In this document: positions 36,433-44,434 of the stretch, in pieces
How positions within the stretch are numbered: position 1 is the first letter of the stretch
Layout of the letters: each line of letters starts with the position of its first letter
NCBI GenBank assembly: GCA_943350635.1
Contig: CALRAI010000002.1
Span: 1-61,444 of the forward strand
Origin: Candidatus Uhrbacteria bacterium
GTDB taxonomy: Bacteria > Patescibacteriota > Patescibacteriia > UBA9934
Length of the DNA: 61,444 nucleotides
Direction: 5' to 3'
The notes under the pieces: model-generated
The model's database searches: none
Told to the model about the DNA's origin: nothing
What the model saw: only the letters and a program-made list of their open reading frames with translations
Program-made: the position numbers and the translations under genes

Positions 36433-36924
36433 TTATGCAGTACGTTGTGCAAGTTCCCGGCGCCAGGTAATGATTTCTGCTGCGGCAAGTGCGGCTTCGA
36501 TGCCTTTATTGAATCCATCATCTTTACTTCGTGCGGCAAGTTGCTCCATGGTAGTAATAGGAATCACCTCCATAATAATGGGGATTCCTTCGGAGAGCAT
36601 CACCTGACCAAAGTCCCGACTACACGCATCCGCGATCATTTCAAAGTGGTAGGTTTCTCCTTTCATGATGGCGCCGAAGACGATAATCGCGTCGTACGGC
36701 TTGTCCTTTGGTGCGCTCCGCATGATGGTTTGTGCGGCGAGTGGAAGCTCGAGCGATCCTGGAAGAATGTAGTGCTCTGGTTGCGGACAATCTGCGGCAA
36801 GAAGCATTTCTGTGCATTTGCTCACCATTCCGTCAATGTGTTCTCTGTACCACTTTGCTTGCAGAATCGCGATCTTTGCGCCGGGAATGCGTGGCATCGT
36901 CTTTTCGTCGAGGAGTACTTGCAT
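36433..36924 (-). CDS. ribH: 6,7-dimethyl-8-ribityllumazine synthase
   Basis: It aligns by eye with E. coli RibH: LPGSLELPLAA, YDAIIVFGAIMKGETYHFEMIA, NKGIEAALAAAEI. Confidence 0.88.
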   Translation of the reverse strand: MQVLLDEKTMPRIPGAKIAILQAKWYREHIDGMVSKCTEMLLAADCPQPEHYILPGSLELPLAAQTIMRSAPKDKPYDAIIVFGAIMKGETYHFEMIADACSRDFGQVMLSEGIPIIMEVIPITTMEQLAARSKDDGFNKGIEAALAAAEIITWRRELAQRTA

Positions 36925-37098
36925 AAAGAATGCTAAGGGAAATAAAGAAGATTCATATTGAGTATAGAACCACTTTTGAAATTTACGCCAATCGCTGAAT
37001 ACATCGCGTATTCGTTTTTATCCACTTCTGTAAAAATACGTTTCTGGTAGACTAAAAAAGTCTTCCCCCAAGAGATGTTTATTTTTCTTTTTGTACCT

Positions 37099-37533
37099 AT
37101 GTTGAGCAAAAAAGATATCGCACTGTTGCGGGGAATGTTTAGTTCCCAAAAGCAAGAGATACGTGAAGAAACACAAGGGCTCCTTCACACCCAGAAGGAG
37201 GAGATACGTGAAGAAACGAAAGGGCTTCTTGGGATGCAGAAACAAGAGATACGTGAAGAAACGAAAGAACTTCTTCACACCCAGAAAGAGGAGATACATG
37301 AAGAAACGAAAAGGCTTCTTGGGATGCAGAAACAAGAGATTTACGAAGGCATTGATTCGCTTCTTCATGGTCAAAAGCGGGAGATTCTCGATGAGACGCG
37401 AGCACTGCTGCTGCAGACAGAAAAACGGATTATTAACGAAATTACTGAATTCATCGGTGAAGAAATTCTTCCGCAGATCGACGAACATACTCGAGAGATT
37501 GGGCTGATAAAACAAACGCTGAAACTCGCATAA
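37099..37533 (+). CDS. coiled-coil protein with 15-aa tandem repeats, paralog of 10895..11230
   Basis: It shares both termini with the 10895 gene. The internal units are QK(Q/E)EIREET.GLL(HT/GM). Confidence 0.55.
   Translation: MLSKKDIALLRGMFSSQKQEIREETQGLLHTQKEEIREETKGLLGMQKQEIREETKELLHTQKEEIHEETKRLLGMQKQEIYEGIDSLLHGQKREILDETRALLLQTEKRIINEITEFIGEEILPQIDEHTREIGLIKQTLKLA
37147..37416 (+). repeat. six tandem 45-nt (15-codon) repeats with a 90-nt super-period
   Basis: Units read CAAAAGCAAGAGATACGTGAAGAAAC..., and alternate units end in HT or GM. The last two units are degenerate. Confidence 0.8.
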
Positions 37534-37567
37534 CACAAAAGGCCCCGTCCCCACGGGGTTTTGTGAT
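37534..37567 (+). terminator. rho-independent terminator
   Basis: CACAAAAGG-CCCCG-TCCCCA-CGGGG-TTTTGTG. Confidence 0.75.
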
Positions 37568-37598
37568 TTTTGTAGATTTTCGTTACACTCTTCCTACT

Positions 37599-39038
37599 AT
37601 GTCATCCACCAATCTTGAAACCATTGTTCACTTTTCTACACAAAAAGGCTTCGTATTTCCGTCCAGCGATATTTACGGCGGCTTTGCGGCCACGTACGAC
37701 TTTGGTCCGGTGGGAATGTTGTTGAAAAAGAATCTCGAAGCTGCATGGCGATATTGGAACGTCACAAGTCGCACCGACGTCGTCGAAATAGAGGGAGCAA
37801 TCTTCATGCATCCAAAAGTATGGGAAGCATCGGGCCACATTGGCGGATTCTCCGATTTGTTGGTTGAGGATTTGGTTTCACACCGTCGATTCCGTGCGGA
37901 TCATCTTATTGAGGATGCGAAAATTATGGAAAACGCAGGTGCACTTACGCCAGAACAGGTCGACGAGGTTATCGCGGAACACAAACTCAAGAGCCCCGAC
38001 GGCAATCCGGTTTCCAAAGCAAAGCGATTCAACCTTCTCGTGAAAACACATCTTGGTCCAGTGGAAGACGAATCATCACTCGTGTATTTGAAAGGTGAGA
38101 GCTGTCAAAATATTTATCTCGACTGGAAGGCGACGCAAATGGTAACGCGAAAAAAACTTCCATTCGGCATTGCACAGATCGGGAAAGCATTCCGCAACGA
38201 AATTACCGTGAAGCAATTCTTGTTCCGCACACGGGAGTTTGAACAAATGGACGTGCAGTTTTTCTGCAAGCCAGCGGACGCAGACGCGCAATACGAAGCA
38301 TGGAAAGCGAACCGATGGGATTTTTATACCAAGTGTTTAGGACTCAAGGAAGAAAATGTTCGTTGGCGCCAGCATGAACTGGATGAACGAGCATTTTATG
38401 CGCAGGATGCATGGGACATTGAATATAAGTTCGGCGAAATTGGGTTTAAGGAAGTGGAAGGCGTGCATCATCGCGGAAGTTACGATCTGGATCAGCACTC
38501 CAAGTTTAGCGGACAAGACTTAAGCTACTTCGATCCGGAAACGAACGAGCGCTACAATCCATGGATCGTGGAATGTTCTGGGGGCTTCAATCGATTGTTC
38601 TTGCTCACCTTATTCGAGTTCTATCGCGAGGAAGAGCTGACGACGGCGAAGGGAGAGAAGGAAACGCGCGTGGTATTTGGTGCACCGTACGACTTAGCGC
38701 CGTTCAAAGTCGCGATCCTTCCGCTCATGAAAAAGGACGGGCTCGCGGATGCTGCGTGGGATCTGTACGAAGGCCTTCGTAAGCATGGAATTTCCGCGGA
38801 GTACGACGAAAGCGGATCCATCGGTAAGCGATACCGTCGACAAGACGAAGTTGGTACACCATGGTGTGTTACGGTGGATTACACCACGCTTGAGGACGGA
38901 ACCGTCACCCTTCGTCATCGCGATTCCATGGCACAGATTGGTGACGTGCCCTCCGGAGCTTCAGCGAAGGAGGGAGGTGGTCGCATTCCGGTTGCAGATA
39001 TTGGAGCATATTTATCGAAGGACGCATTCGGAAAATAA
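37599..39038 (+). CDS. glyQS: glycyl-tRNA synthetase (alpha2 dimeric type)
   Basis: The N-terminus FVFPSSDIYGGFAATYDFGPVG is typical of class II GlyRS, and the C-terminus carries an anticodon-binding domain. The start was placed at MSSTNLE. Confidence 0.93.
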   Translation: MSSTNLETIVHFSTQKGFVFPSSDIYGGFAATYDFGPVGMLLKKNLEAAWRYWNVTSRTDVVEIEGAIFMHPKVWEASGHIGGFSDLLVEDLVSHRRFRADHLIEDAKIMENAGALTPEQVDEVIAEHKLKSPDGNPVSKAKRFNLLVKTHLGPVEDESSLVYLKGESCQNIYLDWKATQMVTRKKLPFGIAQIGKAFRNEITVKQFLFRTREFEQMDVQFFCKPADADAQYEAWKANRWDFYTKCLGLKEENVRWRQHELDERAFYAQDAWDIEYKFGEIGFKEVEGVHHRGSYDLDQHSKFSGQDLSYFDPETNERYNPWIVECSGGFNRLFLLTLFEFYREEELTTAKGEKETRVVFGAPYDLAPFKVAILPLMKKDGLADAAWDLYEGLRKHGISAEYDESGSIGKRYRRQDEVGTPWCVTVDYTTLEDGTVTLRHRDSMAQIGDVPSGASAKEGGGRIPVADIGAYLSKDAFGK

Positions 39039-39111
39039 ATATCCCCAGCGAATGCCGGACATGATCCGACAAAGAACGTGTATCGTTGAACGAGAAAAAT
39101 AAAAGAACCAC

Positions 39112-39149
39112 AAAACCGTCGGACATGCACCGACGGTTTTGTATTTTTT
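39112..39149 (+). terminator. rho-independent terminator of glyQS
   Basis: AAAACCGTCGG-ACATGCA-CCGACGGTTTT followed by GTATTTTTT. Confidence 0.75.
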
Positions 39150-39481
39150 AGGAGAAAAAATGATTGAGACGAAACAGAATCTTTGGCACGATGGTTACAG
39201 AACGGTTCTGTGAACGCCAACGGCCGTTGGCACAAGAGAAATTCAGGGAATGTGTATCGGTTGCGTGCGATCCAGAACATCGCTCTTCGGGTGTTCTGCC
39301 GGCGCGACGGTTGTGCCTTCCGCGGCTCGGGGAATATTGGTATGGGGAACGTGTTTCTCGAGCCGTCACTGCGCTACTGAGACCCTTTTATAGATCACAA
39401 GTCTTCGTTTGCGATTCTCCAGCAACCGGGGACGTTGGGATCATTCGGGTTTCATCGTTTCATTCACAATAGGGAGTTGTC

Positions 39482-40744
39482 ATGGTTCGTGGATATGTCC
39501 GTGGAATGGTGTTTTGGATGAGCCTCATGCTCATCATCTTTCTTGCATGCATGCTGAACGGCTGCTGCAATTACGAGTGTGAGTTGTGGCGGAGTGCGGA
39601 ACGCTACGGCAATGGTGCAGGCATGGCGCCGGCAGACTCTGCCGATGCGGGCGAGCATGGGAGCGGCTCGGAGGATCCCTGGGATACCGGTGAGCCTATC
39701 GATACCAGCGACTACTGGGATTGGGGCGATACCGCGGGGGACACGGGATACTGGGAAAACTCCACGGAGCATAAAGAGCCTGTGGACGAATCCCGCTCTA
39801 TGCGCACCACGGCGGGGAACGGTTTCGTGTATCCGCTCGATTCCATGACGGCGTGGAAGGACACGTACGACTACGCCGGATTTGGCGCCTGCGGCACGAG
39901 CTACTACACCAACACGTGTCACAACGGTACCGACATTGGTGCCACTCGCGGAGATTCCGTGTATGCCATTGCGGCAGGCACGGTAGTCAAAGTGAGTGGT
40001 TCGCAGAACAGCACGTGTACGTCTGGCTGGGGGTACGACTCCGGCGGAGCGAACACCTGCAACATGGCGGTGGCGGTGCAGCACTACGCGGCGGACGGCA
40101 CGGCATTCGTGGTGGTGTACGGACACATGGTGTACAGCTCCTCGATTTCCGTGGGCAAAACCTACGCGTCGGGAGACACTATCGGCATCATTGCGTACGA
40201 CTACGACCGCACCAGTTCCTCGGCATCGTGGACGAAAACGTCCAGCCCGCATCTGCACTTTGGAGTGTTTCCTGGTACGAGTTCTCCGGCGGTGTCGTCG
40301 GGACTCTACGGCTGGGGAAAGCTCACGTGTGCGGGCGCGAATCAGGCGGCGAGCAGCACGTTTCCCTCATCTTGTACGAACAATGGCTCTACGGCCGGCG
40401 GCACGTACATTGGTGCGAAAACGTGGGTTGCGCCTCCGGGTGCGCCAACGCTCTCCAGTCCTGCAAGCGGCGCATCGGTTTCGTCGCCGGTGTCGCTCAG
40501 CTGGACGAATAGCTCTGGCACGTATCGTTCACACGTCATGGTGTGCACAGACTCGTCGCTCACCACGGGATGTATCAATCCCGACGGTGGCATGACGGGG
40601 CAAGAGCCGACCACAGCCTTTACCACGTCCTACAACGCAACGCTCTCCAACGCCACGTACTACTGGGCCGTTCGAGGGATTGCGTACACGGATTCTGGTG
40701 GCTGGGGGAGCTACAGCAGTGTGCGACAGTTCACGGTGCGATAA
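39482..40744 (+). CDS. secreted M23/LytM-family peptidoglycan endopeptidase with a C-terminal beta-sandwich (FN3-like) domain
   Basis: N-terminal hydrophobic segment, HxxxD motif (CHNGTDIG) and HxH motif (SPHLHFG). G+C is about 61% in a hand-counted sample. Confidence 0.8.
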   Translation: MVRGYVRGMVFWMSLMLIIFLACMLNGCCNYECELWRSAERYGNGAGMAPADSADAGEHGSGSEDPWDTGEPIDTSDYWDWGDTAGDTGYWENSTEHKEPVDESRSMRTTAGNGFVYPLDSMTAWKDTYDYAGFGACGTSYYTNTCHNGTDIGATRGDSVYAIAAGTVVKVSGSQNSTCTSGWGYDSGGANTCNMAVAVQHYAADGTAFVVVYGHMVYSSSISVGKTYASGDTIGIIAYDYDRTSSSASWTKTSSPHLHFGVFPGTSSPAVSSGLYGWGKLTCAGANQAASSTFPSSCTNNGSTAGGTYIGAKTWVAPPGAPTLSSPASGASVSSPVSLSWTNSSGTYRSHVMVCTDSSLTTGCINPDGGMTGQEPTTAFTTSYNATLSNATYYWAVRGIAYTDSGGWGSYSSVRQFTVR

Positions 40745-40828
40745 CGAACCGAACGGGGTGGTGTTTGACGAAAGTCGGCGCCACCCATGCACGGGAATAA
40801 ATTTCTAATCTCTTTTTATGGGAAATGT

Positions 40829-41335
40829 ATGAATAAACTCTTTCCCGCCATCATGATCGCACTATGCGTCGCGATTGGCGGAACGGTCGGAACCACGCAC
40901 GCAGCAACACATTACGTACTGGGATACTCGTCGGTAGATAGTGGAAAGGGGCTCGAATGGGGCGGCTCCACGGCATATGCCACGGAATGGAACTCGTCCA
41001 TCGCCACATGGAACGCACGAGGCAAGGTCACAATTTCCGCAGATACGATGTTTACACTTCAGGATCTTACGGTTTCCGACGCCTATTCTCCGGCAGCATC
41101 CTGGGCAGGCGTGTATACCTACAAAGGCGCGTGGAGTGCCGAGACGCTACAATTCAACACGTATTATCTTGATCGATTCTCCTCTGCGCAAAAACAAAAC
41201 GTCGCCACGCACGAGCTTGGTCATTCCCTTGGGCTTGCACACAGCACTGCTGGGATGGTGATGTATAAATATGTGTCCACCGTAACAGCGCTTGGCGCAC
41301 AGGACACGGGTGACTACACGTACCTTTACCCATAA
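40829..41335 (+). CDS. secreted zinc metalloprotease (metzincin-like, HExxHxxGxxH)
   Basis: Signal peptide (MNKLFPAIMIALCVAIGGTVGTTHA), zinc site HELGHSLGLAHS and a downstream Met (MVMY). Confidence 0.7.
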   Translation: MNKLFPAIMIALCVAIGGTVGTTHAATHYVLGYSSVDSGKGLEWGGSTAYATEWNSSIATWNARGKVTISADTMFTLQDLTVSDAYSPAASWAGVYTYKGAWSAETLQFNTYYLDRFSSAQKQNVATHELGHSLGLAHSTAGMVMYKYVSTVTALGAQDTGDYTYLYP

Positions 41336-41344
41336 GATATTTCT

Positions 41345-41436
41345 TCCGTCATCCTGAACGCACGTGAAGGATCTCTCGGAGATTCCTCCGGATCACCGAC
41401 GAGAGATCCTTCGCCTACGCTCAGGATGACGAACGG
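41345..41436. repeat. 92-nt imperfect palindromic element
   Basis: The arms CGTCATCCTGAACGCACGTGAAGGATCTCTCG and CGAGAGATCCTTCGCCTACGCTCAGGATGACG match at 28 of 32 positions. Confidence 0.6.
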
Positions 41437-41457
41437 ATATCAAAATTCAGAAAAACT

Positions 41458-42087
41458 ATGAAAAAAATTCTCAAAATCACGAGTGCGATGTTCGTGGGAG
41501 CGTTCCTTATCGGCATCGGTCTTCACACAAATCTCATTCATCTTCCATTTGCTCGAGCAATCGACGCAAGCTTTCCGGAAGCGTTGAGCACCGATCGAGG
41601 TTTTGTAGGTGCAGTACACACGGTATCCGTTGCGAAAGTGATGAAGAACACGGGGCAGTCGATAGTGAACGGGATTCCTACAACACAGTTCCAAGTACAA
41701 ATCATTAAAAATATCAAAGGCACGCTTCCGGAGCGCGTCGTCCTTCAGCAGTCGGGTGGATACGAAAATGGCGTACTCATCACGATGGAAGAACAGCCAT
41801 TATTGAAGGCGGGATCGACGTATCTTCTTTCCACGCGAACCGACGGAAAAGGCATGTATCTCGTTTCTGCGTATACGCGAGGAACGATTCTGCTCAGTGC
41901 GGATCAAAAACTCACAACGACACAGTTGCTCGCGATATCGACAGCAAACAAAGATGTGATCGCCCTTCGAAATGCATACGCTACCGAACTCCCGTTTGAT
42001 ATCGACGTACAAAATACGGCAACCTTCAATAGCTTCATAAAAACCGTCACCATTCCATCCACACCCATATCGCCACAAACATGGTAA
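41458..42087 (+). CDS. secreted hypothetical protein
   Basis: Signal peptide (MKKILKITSAMFVGAFLIGIG) and no recognisable motif. Confidence 0.45.
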   Translation: MKKILKITSAMFVGAFLIGIGLHTNLIHLPFARAIDASFPEALSTDRGFVGAVHTVSVAKVMKNTGQSIVNGIPTTQFQVQIIKNIKGTLPERVVLQQSGGYENGVLITMEEQPLLKAGSTYLLSTRTDGKGMYLVSAYTRGTILLSADQKLTTTQLLAISTANKDVIALRNAYATELPFDIDVQNTATFNSFIKTVTIPSTPISPQTW

Positions 42088-42120
42088 AGGAAAGCGATAA
42101 GATAAGAGAAAGATAATGAT

Positions 42121-42243
42121 AGAATTCCGTCATTTTCGGTCAGTTTCGGTGCGCGGAGAGCAAAGCTCGTGAAACGTACTTCATGGTACGTTGAACGAGT
42201 TTGCGAAGCCGCAAGCCGAAAATGGCCAAAATGCCGGAATTCT
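42121..42243. repeat. 123-nt extended hairpin whose apex is a third copy of the ACGTAC-N6-GTACGT motif
   Basis: The outer arms AGAATTCCG/CGGAATTCT, CATTTTCGG/CCGAAAATG and CTCGTGAAACGTAC/GTACGTTGAACGAG pair. The apex closely matches 9007-9036. Confidence 0.5.
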
Positions 42244-42281
42244 CTGTTTGCGTGTAATCACGCTTTAGGGCATACTCTCCC

Positions 42282-42623
42282 CGCGGGGTAGAGCAGCCAG
42301 GCAGCTCGTCGGGCTCAATCGCAAGAATTGCACTCATGGATCCTTATGATCTTTTTCTTGCAAAGGGCTGCGCGTAACGAAAGTCACGCGTGAACTTCTG
42401 TCAAATTCGGGGAAGCCTGTAATGGTAATCCCGAGCCAAGCCTTGAGCAATCAAGGAAGGTGTAGAGACTTGATGGCAGACGCCCAAACCAATCATCGTG
42501 AAAGCGGTGTGCGACGGGTGAAGGGAAAGTCCAGACCAACAAATTCGATTCGTCGAAGTAGCGAAAGCTATAGTGGTATGCATAACCCGAAGGTCGCTGG
42601 TTCAAATCCAGCCCCCGCAACCA
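42282..42623 (+). tRNA. initiator tRNA-Met (CAU) interrupted by an intron in the anticodon loop
   Basis: Exons 42282-42315 and 42581-42623 join to a sequence almost identical to E. coli tRNA-fMet. The joined form has the C1-A72 mismatch, a GGG/CCC anticodon stem, the loop CTCATAA and an encoded CCA. Confidence 0.9.
42316..42580 (+). ncRNA. group I intron (IC3-like, tRNA-intron type), no ORF
   Basis: The 5' exon ends in U and the intron ends in G. Core strings match the Azoarcus/Anabaena tRNA introns from memory: GTCAAATTCGGGGAAGCC, AATCCCGAGCCAAGCC, GGAAGGTGTAGAGACTTGATGG, GTAGCGAAAGCTAT. Confidence 0.85.
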
Positions 42624-42675
42624 AAATGTCCTCCGTCGCAAGACTGGGGATTTTTTGTTATACTTCTCTCTATCT

Positions 42676-43461
42676 ATGGCGCACATCGTCTCGGTAGTAA
42701 ATCAGAAGGGCGGCGTGGGAAAAACCACCACATCCATGAATCTTGCAGCATTTTTGTCGCATCTGGGAAAATCTGTACTCCTCGTTGATCTTGATCCGCA
42801 AGGCAATGCCACCAGTGGTTTTGGCATGAAGCCCACCGAACTTTCCGGAACCTACGAAGCACTTGCAGGCACGCACCAGGTTCGCGATCTTATTGTCGGT
42901 ACGGCGCATCCTGGCCTTGCGCTGCTTCCTGGCGGCCCAGATCTTGCCGGTTCTGCGGTGGAACTTGTTACGGAATTCAACCGTGAGCGAAAGCTGGAAG
43001 CCGCACTTATGGCGGTGCGGAACGACTACGACTACATTCTTATCGACAATCCGCCGTCGTTGGGCTTGCTTACTATTAACGGCCTTGTCGCGAGCGACAG
43101 CGTGCTTATTCCGGTGCAGGCGGAATACTACGCGTTGGAAGGACTTGGACAGCTCATGCACACCGTAAATTTAGTGCGTGAACATCTCAAGCCAAACCTT
43201 GGTATCATGGGGGCAGTGATTACGATGTTCGATCCAAGAACAAACCTTTCGAATCAGGTGCTTCAGGAGCTGTACAAACACTTTCCGGGAAAGATTTTCC
43301 GTTCGGTTATTCCCCGAAGCGTTCGTTTAGCCGAAGCACCAAGTTTTGGAAAAACCATTTTGCATTACGACGCAGAAAGCAAAGCGGCAAAGGCATACGA
43401 ACGTTTAGCACGAGAATTTTTAGTGCGCGAAGAATCGGGGACCGCAACGGTAAATGGATAA
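42676..43461 (+). CDS. parA: chromosome partitioning ATPase ParA/Soj
   Basis: Deviant Walker A motif NQKGGVGKTTT. The start was placed at MAHIVSVV. Confidence 0.92.
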   Translation: MAHIVSVVNQKGGVGKTTTSMNLAAFLSHLGKSVLLVDLDPQGNATSGFGMKPTELSGTYEALAGTHQVRDLIVGTAHPGLALLPGGPDLAGSAVELVTEFNRERKLEAALMAVRNDYDYILIDNPPSLGLLTINGLVASDSVLIPVQAEYYALEGLGQLMHTVNLVREHLKPNLGIMGAVITMFDPRTNLSNQVLQELYKHFPGKIFRSVIPRSVRLAEAPSFGKTILHYDAESKAAKAYERLAREFLVREESGTATVNG

Positions 43462-43464
43462 TCT

Positions 43465-44418
43465 ATGCAAAAGACCCAAGGAGGGTTAGGACGAGGACTC
43501 GGTGCATTATTGCCGCAACACGCCAATCCGCAAATGTACGGACAATCGTCGGCTGTTCATACAGCAGCACCAGAGCCAGCATCGGCGCCAACACCTATAC
43601 CGATGCGCCAAACGCCATTTGAGCCATCGCCCACAGTAAGCGTTGCGCCGGTGCCTCGTATTCACGGGAGACTGATGCACATTTCTCCAAATAATATTGT
43701 CGCAAACCCGCGTCAACCGCGCTTGTATTTTGCGGAGGAGGATCTGACGGATCTCATGGCAAGCGTAAAGGAGCACGGTATTTTGCAGCCACTCGTTGTG
43801 ACATTACGAGGGGACGGAAAATACGAACTCATCGCCGGTGAACGTCGTTTGCGTTCTGCGAGAGCCGTTGGTTTGGAAACGGTGCCGGTTATTGTGCGTG
43901 AAGCTAACGATCAGCAAAAGCTGGAACTCGCACTCATCGAAAATATTCAGCGGTCGGATCTCAATGCGGTAGAAGAAGCCCGTGCCTACCAGTCCATGAT
44001 GGACGACTTTGCACTCACGCAAGAAGACGTTGCTGGCCGTGTGGGAAAGAGCCGATCGCAAATTGCGAATACCGTGCGTTTGCTCGACTTGCCAGCCGAC
44101 ATGCTGGTTGCCGTCATCGATGGCAGGCTCACCAAGAGTCATGCACGAACACTGCTCTCCGAACTCAACGATGCAAAACGTCGTGATCTCTTCGATCGCA
44201 TGATCGGCAGTGGCATGAGCGTGCGTTCTGCAGAATCATCGACGAGTCGGAGACAATCCACTGCAAAAGATCCAAATATTCTCGCGCTCGAATCCGCGCT
44301 TCGCGAAAAACTTGGAACGAAGGTTACGATCGACACCAAGGGAACCAACAGTTCAATCACGATCCATTGCTACTCCAAGGAGGATCTTGCTGCAATGATT
44401 CGCAGGCTCAACGGATAA
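43465..44418 (+). CDS. parB: chromosome partitioning protein ParB/Spo0J
   Basis: ParB box (LQPLVV...IAGERRLRSA), an HTH motif (QEDVAGRVGKSRSQIANTVRLL) and a Pro-rich N-terminal extension. Confidence 0.92.
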   Translation: MQKTQGGLGRGLGALLPQHANPQMYGQSSAVHTAAPEPASAPTPIPMRQTPFEPSPTVSVAPVPRIHGRLMHISPNNIVANPRQPRLYFAEEDLTDLMASVKEHGILQPLVVTLRGDGKYELIAGERRLRSARAVGLETVPVIVREANDQQKLELALIENIQRSDLNAVEEARAYQSMMDDFALTQEDVAGRVGKSRSQIANTVRLLDLPADMLVAVIDGRLTKSHARTLLSELNDAKRRDLFDRMIGSGMSVRSAESSTSRRQSTAKDPNILALESALREKLGTKVTIDTKGTNSSITIHCYSKEDLAAMIRRLNG

Positions 44419-44434
44419 GGATCAATGAAGATTT

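Noticed and set aside
39150-39481. A ydaO/cyclic-di-AMP riboswitch upstream of the M23 hydrolase gene.
   Set aside because: The conserved 3' half of that riboswitch class, as I recall it, is not present. I report the region only as an unclassified structured leader.
39464-40595. Long antisense and alternative-frame ORFs (39464..40258 -, 39853..40512 +, 39996..40595 +) within the M23 gene.
   Set aside because: They are Arg-rich shadow frames of G+C-rich coding DNA. Only the 39482..40744 frame carries the signal sequence and the M23 motifs.
42384-42697. ORFs of 91-100 aa on both strands across 42384-42697.
   Set aside because: They lie inside the group I intron and exon 2 of the initiator tRNA gene. 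The RNA-gene interpretation explains the sequence fully.
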